From contig CM121343.1 in NCBI GenBank assembly GCA_051530055.1, positions 3,070,389 to 3,134,388 on the forward strand: 64,000 nucleotides of DNA. Reading direction: 5' to 3'. The first letter of the stretch is position 1. Each line of letters opens with the position of its first letter. Position numbers and translations under genes: made by a program. This document shows, piece by piece, positions 49,131 through 60,880 of this stretch. The notes under the pieces were generated by a model. It did no database searches and was not told where the DNA came from. It saw only the letters and a program-made list of their open reading frames with translations. Source of the DNA: Neoechinorhynchus agilis. Lineage: Eukaryota; Animalia; Acanthocephala.

Positions 49131-49934
49131 GATTTAAATTAGACCAAGCTAATTTTTTGCGGTAGGAAGATCCTGGATTTGTTTGAGAATAAAATGCGTG
49201 AATTGTTCTTAGTTGGCGGTCACGCGGGTGAAACCCCGGTCAGATCAAAATGGACAGCCTGAGGGAAACCATCGCTGCCACCTTGTCCTTACCAAGTCCG
49301 TTGCCCCTCGGGGCAATAATAATGCGTTTTATTGTTAAAATTATGGGGATTATGGGTTAAATGTACTCGCGAGTGGGGAAAATTATAATAATAACACGTT
49401 TATTTGTTAATTGAAAAAGAAAAGGACCCATGTATATTTGGATCCTCATAAAAACTCGGATTCAGATTTGTTCAATGAATGCGGTTATTGATTTTGGTTT
49501 AGATTATGGGTTCGGTTGGTGTAAAAGGTTATTTCGGACGGGGATTGACCGGTTTTTCCTCCAATTAATTTCGGGCTATGATATCCGAGAAGATTGGGTA
49601 GTATGGAAACAGGATCGGAGGGAGGTGCGAAGTTTTAGGAAGGATGAAATGAATTGGGATTACGCGAGATTGGGTTGGTTCATTTCGGGTGATGATATCC
49701 GAGAAGATTGGGCATCGAAAGGAATCGTAAGTAAAATTGTGGTAATAGGGTAGATGGGCGTTTTGATTGTTTGCTAGATACCGGCACTACGACCTGTTGA
49801 ACAGCCATGAACACTATAGACTTTAGAAACGTCAACGAGTTCACTGTTCTGGAAGAATGTTTACTACTGCGTGTTACGTATATTTTGCGTTTGTTTTGCA
49901 TGTTTCGTCATTTGTTGTGGATATTGTAAACAAG

Positions 49935-50465
49935 ATGCTACGTAGATTTCGATCTGCGGTCCTGGTGGTTTCTGGGTTGGCTTTGTTTCTATTCTGGTTA
50001 TCAGTGCACATATCCAAGTCACCAAGTAAAAAACTCTTTATGGATCCTAATGAGAGACGAGGCTGGGTCCCAATCAATAAGAGAAATCCATTGGCTCCGA
50101 CTACACTGTCATCAAAAGAAGAACGATGTGCTCAATCGGAATATGAGATTATTCAGGTTATCGGACATTACGAGACGTTTTGTGACAAAATTCTTTTTTT
50201 AGAGCAAAATCAGGATGGAAAAAGTGTCCCGGAACTTACAAAGCTGCCTACTTTCAGTTGATCAAGCTCATAAAGACATAAATGTGCTAGAAGAGAGATT
50301 ACTCGAACAGGATAAAATGCTTACTGAACTTAAACGATCATACCAAAGTCAAAAACAAACTCCTGATCCTCTCGTATGTATTTTTTTGGTGTGTATACAT
50401 GCCCGTTACATTGCTTCTACATTAAGGTGACGACCAAATCCACCGGAGAACCAATGGTGTCCTAA
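49935..50465 (+). CDS. Small type II membrane protein with lumenal coiled coil (weakly GOLM1/CASC4-like), 3 exons
   Basis: MLRRFRSAVLVVSGLALFLFWLSVHIS (TM)...EYEIIQ|SKIRMEKVSRNLQSCLLSVDQAHKDINVLEERLLEQDK...PDPL|VTTKSTGEPMVS*, joined by two phase-0 GT-AG introns. Confidence 0.65.
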
Positions 50466-50881
50466 AATGCACGTCCTTTATAAGAATTGTCCAACGGGGT
50501 CTAATTTTTTTGAATGGAGTTTAAATACGGTGTGCGAAATAAACACGGCATTGTTCAAAAAGCAATCTTCGAAATTAAAAGTGCTGCATCGGGGATTCGA
50601 CCCTTTTACGCCGAAAAAATCATCATTCTAAAATTTTGCTTTTCTAGACGTGTTCCGAGTGGCCGCCGTTGTACTGCAAAAAGCATAAGGTTCATAAATT
50701 GAAGAAACTGATAAATCCCAACTAACTACTGAGAATATGGAATTAATTGAAGATCAAACGTTTTGACAAGGTTTTTAAACAAAGACAAATATGCAAGTGA
50801 GTTCAAAGATCGGGTGCCGGAATGGCAAGTGGGATTTGATATTTTTTATAATTATATCGAAAGTTGAATTTCATCTTGGAC

Positions 50882-51131
50882 TTTTCACACAAAAAATACG
50901 CTCTTAATCACTGTAATCTCGGCTTTCTATTTATAACAATAAAACCTTGATCGATTAAGTTTAAATAGGTTCATAGAAGAGAGTTTGTTAATAATGTACG
51001 AATCAATTCGGAGGAATTTTGCGATTTCGCAAACTCTCTTCTATGAACCTATTTAAACTTAATCGATCAAGGCTTTATTTTTACAAATAGAAAGTCGAGA
51101 TCACAGTGATTTAGAGCGTTTTGTGTGAAAA
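50882..51131. mobile_element. 250-bp foldback element
   Basis: A perfect 43-bp inner arm ccttgatcgattaagtttaaataggttcatagaagagagtttg (50945-50987) is inverted at 51030-51072. Imperfect outer arms extend to ttttcacacaaaa / ttttgtgtgaaaa. Confidence 0.9.
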
Positions 51132-51492
51132 TTCATTAACATTCGTTTATAATCCGAAGCGATGCTAATTTGATAATTTACGATCTTAAAGGTTGGATGT
51201 CGAAAGATCAATGAGACGTATTTATACCTTGTACATGATTTTTTGGCCGTTGACCATTTTCAATGATCACTTTGAACAACAACAGTTTTATGGAAGATTA
51301 TCGTGACCTGAACCAAAATGGGTTATCCCAGTCTATTAGATTTGTCAACAATATATGGACTCCAATTCCTGCTTTGAATATCAATTGAGTTTAGGCCACG
51401 ACAAACCACGACTGATGGGAATTTTTTCTGTAAATCATTCCAAATTTAACATTATTGAAATTTCATATATCATTGTCCTCGGGGTGAATTTG

Positions 51493-51556
51493 ATTGTACG
51501 TTGGCGAATCCTGTCCCAGGTGCCAACACCGAGGACAGGATTCGCCAACGTACAAT
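51493..51556. other. 64-nt hairpin with a perfect 24-bp stem
   Basis: attgtacgttggcgaatcctgtcc - caggtgccaacaccga - ggacaggattcgccaacgtacaat. Confidence 0.85.
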
Positions 51557-51587
51557 TATTGAAATTGTTTGAAGATTGATTTCTTCA

Positions 51588-51750
51588 TGTTTTTGGAGGA
51601 TAAATTGAAGTAATTTATTGAATTCGATATTTCGGAGGCACAATCGTGTAGAAAACTTATAAACAACTTTGATAAAGAAGTCACAAGATTGTGGCTCCGA
51701 ACCCAATCGAATTCAATAAATTCCTTCAATTTTCCGCCAGATAAAAACAT
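51588..51750. mobile_element. MITE family A copy
   Basis: ggaggataaattgaagtaatttattgaattcgatatttcggaggcacaatc...gattgtggctccgaacccaatcgaattcaataaattccttcaattttcc. Confidence 0.8.
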
Positions 51751-51968
51751 TATTGAAATTGTATGGACATTTCACACAGCTCTGTTCTGGGTTGGTTATA
51801 ATTGTTTACTATCGAATGTGAAGCCAAAATACGCAGTAAATAGCTCCAGAGCCGTTTATTTTAAAGAATTTCGATGTTCTACGATATAGTCATTCGTCTA
51901 AGGCCGTCATCATCTACGCTAAGTGAATGTTTCTGTAACAGTTAGGCAAAATGATGGCACACAGCGCA

Positions 51969-52006
51969 TGTTGTTGTTGTTGTTATTGTTGTTGTTGTTA
52001 TTGTTC
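51969..52006. repeat. (TGT)n microsatellite
   Basis: tgttgttgttgttgttattgttgttgttgttattgtt. Confidence 0.9.
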
Positions 52007-52901
52007 GAAAACAAAATGCAATTTGGTGGATTTAGCTGATTTTGAGGATTGCTTGAGTTGCTACATTCTTCGATTTTCAAATTGTTTTGCTAGTGTTAAT
52101 ATGTATAGGAAGCCATTTTAATAAAGATCAAGAAAATCCCTCGGGATGAATGAATTAGACGAATCATTTTATTGAGAGATAATTCGAAAGCCTCTCTTCG
52201 TCATTGTTCTAAGTGTTACTTTCGAAATATCTCTCAATAAATGGATTGATAACAACATCTCCAATTATTATGACGCACAAATACTGGATTGCGCTATATA
52301 AAAACATGAACAATTCATTGTTCAGGCGTTGTTTCTTATTGTGCGATGCGGTTCAATGAACGAGTGTGCATTTTGAGTGTCGCATAAGAATGCGATAGTT
52401 CTAAAAAAAGAGTGTCAAGCTCCTGATTTTTAGCCTACAAAATCGATAGGAAATGCCTTCGAGGTACTGATATCTCTATCTATAAGTGGCTACTCCTACG
52501 CTTCCCAGTCAACCATGTAGCTCGCGCTCGAGCAGTTACTCTAGGAAGCGAAAGAGCCGCCCCTGCTAGAATTGTGTCTTTGTGATGCGGAGGCGTATGT
52601 CTGAGTGCCGGTTGCAAATGGCGCTTTCGGAATCAGCGTGTCATGCCAAGTCATGAAAATGCCTCTTGGAAAGACGATAAATCTTTTCTCTTGGTTTTCG
52701 CGAGTTTAAATGTACAACTACTTTAACATTGATTGTGAGCAGGTCGCTTTTGCGGGGGTTTCTCTCTTTACAAATCAAAGCTGAGTTTATCACTTAATGA
52801 TCATGAACTCCCGGCTCTAGAGATATTTATGATCATCAGCGACGCAACGATAAATAGAAAAAAAACAGCAGGAGAAAGTTACACGGCAACCCATAATAGA
52901 A

Positions 52902-55757
52902 ATGGTATCGCTCTCGCCTGTAAAGAGCGAAATTCGGTAGGTGCCAATTAAACATCCACGAGTCTTGAATCATCTTCGTTCTTCAAAGTCAAGTTCAGTC
53001 GTTCAATCAAGAATTTGACACAATATCGCCGCTGGATAAGCACCGACGCCAAAGACAACAGCGGTCCAAGACCACCGTTTGCTGCAATAAGTCCAAATGT
53101 GCCAAATGCTTCAAAACATTCGTTGCTTTCCTCTTCTCGAGAATCGGATTGTCTATTTTAATGATCGGTTATATTGTAATGGGCGGTTGGCTGTTTCAAA
53201 CGCTTGAGTTACAGAACGAGGTAAATGTAAAACGTGAAATGAAAACCATCCTCGACGGGAAAATCCAATTGCTCTGGCGTGAGATACTCCGAAAGCAGGA
53301 ATCTAAAACATCTGATATCAATTTCACTCGTTCAGCCACTCGAATTCTGACGTAAGTAAAGATTGTAGTTCAATTTTCTTTACAAAATCACTCAATTTCG
53401 TGCTTCTTAACATTTTCGCTGTGAGACTGATGCCGTCTTAGGCAAATTTCGTTATGACGCTACAGTATCTCCCTTCCGGAGAACTTTCTCTATTTTTAAA
53501 CTATTTGTTAGCTGCCTATGTTGCCACTTTGTTGCATCTCCTAAATAAGCGAAATCTGAAGGTGGTCAATTTAAATTTGTCTTCTCGAATACTTTTGGCA
53601 GAATTACAAAAGGAGCGCGTTTTAAACTTATTTTGGATAAATTTTAGCAATCAATGTCCCGAGAGCGATCACCGTATCTATCGCTCCAGCCTATGGTGGG
53701 AATCGAACTTTAATATTTCTCATTTGTGCATACATATTTCGACCATCTTTTCGGCTAGTGCATGTTAAATAAAGTCACGAGGTTTATGTTGGTCGTCTAT
53801 AAAACTCACAGAATTTCAAATAACATAACCGATACATTTTAGATAGTCTGAAGAAGGCCTACGCTAAGACCGAAAATTCACAATAAAATCGAATTTCTTA
53901 GTTCTTATTTTCTTCACCATATTTTATCAACAATGTTAAATATATATTCGATATAATTTAAAATAGTTTTAACTTGGTAGATTGAAAATACTTGAACCCA
54001 CAATTTTAGAAATTTGCAAATTCTCTTCTATGTTATTAAACACCGCAAGGTGTAAGATTATCACAAGATGAAAATAAATACTAACAAAGACAGATTAGGT
54101 AACGGCTTATAGATTTGAAAAACTGAACGAATTTTATTAAATCCGATATTTCGCAGGTTGTTTTTTCGTATGAAAATACAAGTGAAAAAAAGCAATCTTA
54201 ATAAAGGCTTACAAGACTGTGGCTTTGAAATATTGGATTCAGCCAAAATTCCTTCAATTTTTCCGCCATACACAAATATGAATTATTCAATCTTTAAACA
54301 TTTTATAAAATGTGTAAAATGATTTTAAATTCGCGATTTTTTCAAACTAAGACTATTTTTGATCATAAAGGTGATGGTACAACTTTGAGATTAAAAAAGC
54401 GCTTTTATTTCCTTTGCGGAATAATTTAAAATTGAGTCCATGTTTTAGTGATTACGAAGAAAGGTTAATTCGAAACATAAAGAGTGGTTACAACGGCCTG
54501 GATGATTCTGATGATGTTGAATGGAGTTTCTTTGGCGCTGTCTTATACGCAACCACTCTTATATCAACTATTGGTTTGTGATCAAATCAACAAAAGTTAA
54601 TTGATTTATTCTTTTTATTCCGCACTCTCCAGGTTATGGTCATGTGACATGCAAAACCGTGGCTGGAAAATCGCTAACGGTTATCTATTGCATCGTTGGA
54701 ATTCCATTGATGATGCTATTTAGCGCAAATATTGGATCTTCGATGGCGGCCTCATTTCGGTTTTTACTTAAACGCAGTGTTGTTCCGCTCAGGCGTAAAA
54801 CCAACTATAGAGATGAGGAAAATATCGATGGAATTGCAACCGCCGATTCGGAAGGTCAACAAAACCTCCCAAATGCAGTGCAATCTTCAAGTATTAGCAC
54901 TGAAGCTAAACTTCAGATGGAACACGATGCTCTACGACGTATTGATGAAATGATACTTCGGCAGACTGACAAAGTGGATGACCGTATAGTAGGAAAACGG
55001 GAATTCTTTTGCGAGTCCATTTATTACATAGAATTCGTGTTACTTAGTAGAGGGATCAAAGGAGTCGCTAACCCCTGCGATTGTGACTACATTTGAAGCC
55101 CGTCTTGACAATCTTATTGACCAATGGGGCATCGTTGGGGGTATCAATCGTCAGGGATCGTTTTCAGTGGAACACACTGATTCATTCCAACGTTTGGGCG
55201 AAGCGAATATGACGACTAATCCCGAATCCCGAAAAGTTCGTTTCGCTAGCGAAGGACGCCCACAAAAGCATTATCTAAGTTCGAACCATACGCTCAATGA
55301 TGGCGCTGCTGCTATTGGCGGCGGTGGTGGTCGACATCGAGGTGATGCCATGCGTCCAGGGCGATTCCTACCAATCCCATCGGCTCTGTCCACGGCCTCC
55401 AGTTCAAAGCTTAACGGTTCCTCGAGTTCTCCTGATATCATGTTACTTCCAATGGCCATTACGTTATTCTTCTCTTATGTTCTCTTAGGAGCAGCCTTAT
55501 TCGCCGCATGGGAGGAAGACTGGTCCTTTCTTAACAGTTTTTATTTTTGTTTCGTTACACTCACAACGATCGGATTCGGTGATTTTGTACCTGGAAAGAC
55601 CATCAATGCCAGAACTTCCCCGACGAAATTTATTATAGCAACTTGTTACATTATATTTGGCCTTGTGCTCATTGGTATGTGTTTCGATCTAGTTAAAGAA
55701 CGATTCAGGCAGTATATCAAGTCTTTTGCCTCTAAAATCGCTATCTCCAGAAGGTAG
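52902..55757 (+). CDS. Two-pore-domain (K2P/TWK-like) potassium channel, multi-exon, 5' end approximate
   Basis: M1 FKTFVAFLFSRIGLSILMIGYIVMGGWLFQTLE; P1 WSFFGAVLYATTLISTI|GYGHV; M2 TVIYCIVGIPLMMLF; P2 WSFLNSFYFCFVTLTTIGFGDFVP; M4 YIIFGLVLIGMCFDLV. Confidence 0.93.
54112..54272. mobile_element. Degenerate MITE family A copy in the large K2P intron
   Basis: gaaaaactgaacgaattttattaaatccgatatttcg...caagactgtggctttgaaatattggattcagccaaaattccttcaatttttcc. Confidence 0.65.
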
Positions 55758-55973
55758 CGCTGTTCGATATTACAAATCAAAGCGACATGAACAGGCGACT
55801 ATGTTTGTGACAAAACGTGTATGTTCAATACGAAATAACCGATCACTGTTTGAATATGTTTTAAAGATCGTTTATTCACTTCACTGGCATTCCGCGTCAT
55901 TGGTGATTAGAGAAAATTTTGCGTTAAAGTGAAGACAATCCAAGTGAGGATATATATCTCGATAAACTGAATT

Positions 55974-56790
55974 TTCTTAAATGTTTTTACTGGCAAGCCG
56001 GTTCTATTGATTCTGATTTAAGACATCCCTTCCTCGGCTTTTTTTAGTTTTCCTTCTTCTCATGAAGCCACACCGATCTCTTACATCAGAGAAGTGATTG
56101 AATCACTTAGACTTTTATGCATACGATGAAGAGTTTGTACATCTCGACCAAGGGATGTCCTAAATCTGAATCAATAGAACCGGCTTGCGTAGTATAAACA
56201 TTTAAGAATTCAACCCACACGACTGATTTATTGATGGCAAACCGGTTCTATTGATTCAGATTTAGGACATTCCTTCCTCGGCTTTTTAGTTTTTCCTTCT
56301 TGGCATGAAGCCAAAATACCTCGTTGAAGGGAGGAGGAAACTCACTGATGAGTCCCGGCACTTCGGTAGGACATCAGTGAAGTGATTGAATCACTTAGAC
56401 TCTGATGCATACGATGAAGAGTTTTTACATCTCGACCAAGGGATGTCCTAAATCTGAATCAATAGAACCGGCTTGCGTAGTATAAACATTTAAGAATTCT
56501 ACACTCACGACTGATTTATTGATGGCAAGCCGGTTCTATTGATTCAGATTTAGGACATCCCCTCCTCGGCTTCTTAGTTTTTCCTTCTTGGCATGAAGCC
56601 AAAATACCTCGTTGAAGGGAAGAGGAAACTCACCGATGAATCCCGCCTCTTCTGGAGTTATATGAGAATCCGGAGGGATCCGGGTACAAACTCTTCATCG
56701 TATGTCTCTGATGTAAGAGATCGGTGTAGCTTCATGCCAAGAAGAAAAACCAAAAAAGCCCAGGAAGGGAAATTCTGCTCAAAAAAGCGC
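55974..56790. mobile_element. Tandem trimer of ~235-285-bp GCAAGCCGG-family foldback elements
   Basis: Unit 1 (55974-56208) has ~58-bp TIRs ttcttaaatgtttttactggcaagccggttctattgattc / gaatcaatagaaccggcttgcgtagtataaacatttaagaa. Units 2 and 3 start at ~56233 and ~56520 after a shared spacer ending cacgactgatttattgat. Confidence 0.85.
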
Positions 56791-57869
56791 ATTTTGCGAA
56801 GGATATATTAACATGGTATCTAAAATGAAAAAATAATAGTTTTTGGCACCGTTAAGGATAATCAGATTTCCAATTGATAGGGTTGGTTCTAAAATTAGTA
56901 GAATCTTATCATTAAAATAATAATATTTGGCTGATTAGATAATGTCAAGTGGTTTTTGCATAGTTTTTAAACTCTTTTCGTTGAAGATTGCATTCGAGTG
57001 GTTGGATATGTTATTATTTTTGCCGATCTTCGACACTCGAAATAGATCGCTAAATTCAGACAAAATCGGTTGAAATATATTCGGCTAGCGATCTCTGTCG
57101 GGTGTCGAGAACTGGCCAAAATAACAAAATCAACTCTTTTCGTTGATATTTAGGCTCCTGAACCAAAAAAACGGTGCCAATATTTTGTCGCATGAGTGTA
57201 ATAAAATGTAACAGTTAAATCAGCAGTCACTTTATCGATCATTTGCATCGGAATCTCAAATATTCGATATCACCATATTAAATTTAGCAATCACACTTTC
57301 AATACATTTTAAATCTCATTGTTCTTATTTTCTAATCCTAATTTTTTATACGGTGGTTTTATTTCTCGGTCAAAAATCGTTTTAAAATCCAATGTGTGGA
57401 ATCATTTGATGGCAAAAATACCGATTTTGATCTTCGTAATGAGTAGAAAGGCAATTCTTTGTCTTCAAAATATCTTTTTGGTCAATAATGTTAAAAGATC
57501 ATGATATTTATTTTAAATCCATATATGATTTTTTGAGTTCTTGATCCTAAGCCTGAAAGTTGTCGCTAAATGTTTTTGATTTCATTTAAATTAAACATAA
57601 CTCGCGAATTCAGGTTTTTCGACGGCATTCTCATAGATCCTTTGATATTGCTTAGAATACAAATTGTTCAACTATCTCGAATGTTTTTGACCGAATCAGC
57701 TCTGCTAAGTGACGACGGTGATCCAATATTACCAAATCAGAAGCTAAAAACACGATTGGATAAAACCTAGAAAAAGGTCGATAATCCTCTTCGATCTACT
57801 CACGATGCTCGTATCTAAACACAATGAAAAAAAACAAATCCCGAATACCCAAGGGTTTTATTAATCGCA

Positions 57870-59249
57870 TCAATAGTCCTCAGAGTGGCGTAAATCAGAT
57901 GATCTCCGTCGTTGTTTTTTCTTGGTCATTGACCTTAAAGCTTCTTCTCTTAGACCTTCCACACTAGGTTCATCATTATTGTCGCTTCTAGACGTTGATC
58001 TTCTCCGTTTCTTACCTTTCCGTTTCTTTTTCATTTCCTTCCTAGAGTGTCGTTTTGCCTTCTTTTCCTTCCTCTTCCGCCTTCTTCGCCGTTCTTTTCG
58101 TTCTTTCCTTCGCTCCGAGCTTTCCGACGAAGATGAACTCTTTTGTGATCCTTCCAATTTAACATCGTCCCTTAAGGATGTTTCTTTGTGGGTCGATTTA
58201 TCAGAATGTACAGCCACCCGATCACGTTCTTTAGAAAGTCGATGCTCTTCTGAAGAGAGGCGGCGACTACGATCTTTTTGTCTTCTACTGACACTTCCTT
58301 TCCTGTTTGGGGCAATATATTGCCGGCTATGATCAATGTAGCTCGGTCGATAATCGCGATCAGAGTCACGAGGCGACTGGAATCTTTTAGGTGAAGCTCG
58401 GTCTCTACTAAGAATCCTTCTTTGACTCGGACGGTGTCGACCGCTATTCCTGGGCGGGGGACTGGCGGATCTATCCGAGTGGGCGTAGGCACTTCCCCTC
58501 CTTTGACGTCGTCTGTGATTTGGTATAGGATGCCCAGTATTTGTGGATTGACTATAAGAAGCACCGTATTCCGTTTGGCAAAGCGAATCCGCTGCTACTT
58601 CTCTTTTATCCGTTTTGGCACTTTCCTTCTCCATCAACTAAAACGAGCAACCAATACTGATTTTGGAAGAAAAAACCGCCTAACCATTTCATTCATCTTC
58701 ATCTCAATAAGCTCCGGCGGAATGCCATCCGGCGCTTGCTGAGCACTGTCCAATAATTGCCACAACTCAGCCATAAACGTACGTGCGCTCGATCCACCCA
58801 AAAATCCAGTCAAATTGATTTGCATCAATTTTGGATCAGGAAACTTAAAAATATCTGATACCAATTTACCAACAATATTACTCACTCGTTCCTCCAGTTG
58901 ATTAAGAGTGAAATCCACAACCACGTCGTCGTCCAGGTCTAAGATATCGAGAATACGTTTCGCTATCCAAGTCTTGATAAGATCCAAGTTCACTTTGTTC
59001 ATATCTACTTTCACGTTCAATCCGTCAGCAAATCTCATACTTTTCATCATCTTTTTCTGGACATTTGCGAATCGACTATCTTGTTCAGCCGTTGTTCCCT
59101 AGAAATTACCCGCGAGGTAAATGAAAAATTAAGATCTCAAATGTAACTCATTACTTCGAATTGTCACCGAACCCGGTCTAACTTTATCGAGAAAAAAAGA
59201 TTAAATGTTGAACCAGTAATCATACCTTGAAAAATCCCGCATCAGCCAT
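57870..59249 (-). CDS. SRRM1: SRRM1/SRm160 PWI-domain RS splicing factor (3 exons, ~405 aa)
   Basis: MADAGFFK|GTTAEQDSRF...KVDMNKVNLDLIKTWI...DDDVVVDF...PDPKLMQINLTGFL...FMAELWQLLDSAQ...GIP, followed by an RS- and K/R-rich tail. Confidence 0.95.
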
Positions 59250-60880
59250 TGAATTCGAGAACAACGCGTTACCCGAGTTGGGAAATATCTTAAACGTTCA
59301 AAAGTCAGCACAATAATGACGGGCCCGATTTGTAAAGAAAAAACGTAGTTGAACAAATAGCCCAACAAATACGAGAAACATTCTTCCTTACTACTTAAAG
59401 GAAAATCAACTGGACGTCAGAGTCAAATTTGAAACTTTGACTTTCAAAATGCCAAAACTACAGTGCAAACGCAAAGTTATTTCTTTCGCAAGCTAACATA
59501 CGACACCGAATCGAATTATGCACACGATAAACCATTGAGTGTTCTTCCGGAGAATTACGTCACAACGTTCTTTGGATTCATTTACGAGGATAAGGAAAAC
59601 ACTTTTCAGCAGTTAGCGTCTTGGGGTATCGTTTTTGATTCTGCATTAATCTTTTTTTTCAGTCAAATAATTTATTTAAAGGTTGAATTATTCATATTTT
59701 TTATATGCCGTTTGAAAATTAAAATTGATTCCGTTATTTTGGAGCCACAATCTTGTGCCTTGCGATCAAGCGAAATCTAACCATTTTCATTGATATGTTT
59801 TTTGTTTGCATTTTCTCTAAATAAACATAGGAAAGAGCATTTGTACCAAGAGAATATTACATAAATCTTTTTTTAACGCCAGATTTAAAAACAAATTTTA
59901 ACTCGATCACGATTTAGAGCGTCACTGGTAGAGGTCGTTGAGGAAAGTCTTACTCCAATGGCCGCTTAATTCAACCAATCAAAAAATTAAAGAATTTGCT
60001 CGTTTAATCGCATTAATGACAAATATTAATCGATTCCGTTTTCGTGCGTTGGCATCGTTTTTTAAAGTTTTGTGGGGGAAAATTGAAGCAATTTTCGTAT
60101 TACGATTATTTGTTAATTTTGTTAAAGTACAAAACGTGCAATCACCACCGTCCGCAAAATTGGAGCTTCTCTCCTTCCTCGACTGTTGCTCGTTGCACTG
60201 CAAGCGATATCGATTAGATTAATTTGCAATAATTGACTGAAGAAGTCCAGTTTAATTGGACGAAATATTTCAATTAAAGTCAGTGTTTGATATAATTTTT
60301 CCCCATCGCCACATACTCATGGAATTTATCTTCAATTGACAAAGAATAGGACCCACGTCCCCGTTTTGATCCTTGTGAAAACACTCGAGTTTTGATAGGA
60401 TAAACGAATGTGGCTGTTGATTTTGAAGTGGATTACGCGTCCGGAAAGGTAAGAATATCCGACCTGGGTAGTTCGAGCGGGAATATCCGGACGAGTGGGA
60501 GTTATTGTTTGCAAGAGAGTTTGTGTTCAGCAGACTTCTTTTATCTCTTCACACCATTAATAACAGTTTGAATGTAACAAAAGGTTTTTGTTGGAAGAAA
60601 ATCACATTTTGATGTCTTGTAAGGAAACTCACTGACGAGTCCCGCCTCCCCGGGAGGTATCCGAGGATTGCTTGTAAGTTTTTAAAAATATGAGCTCGCG
60701 GCTTTCGCGAACGAACGGAAAATCGAATTGATTCTTTTAAACAAAAAAGTAAGTAAAAATTGAGTGAATATAATGAAAGAAACGATTGGACAGTTTCATA
60801 TTATGCGTTATAGTGGTGCGATCTGATAATATTGTTTATTTATGGTACTTTTTCTGGTTCTAGTGCGGGACCGGCTTGGC

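Noticed and set aside
50585-50612. tRNA T-arm-like gggtcgaatccc on the minus strand
   Set aside because: No acceptor, D or anticodon arms can be folded.
56335-56378. Hammerhead ribozyme (gaaactcaCTGATGAgtcc...ggac; similar ctgacgagtccc at ~60633)
   Set aside because: No GAAA follows stem II, and only 4 nt separate the upstream GAAA from CTGATGA, too few for stems III and I. It is a simple hairpin in a repeat.
57922-58742. Antisense or alternate-frame ORFs over SRRM1 (also over USP25, Rab3IP, K2P and 9188-10120)
   Set aside because: Explained as shadows of low-complexity coding sequence on the other strand or frame.
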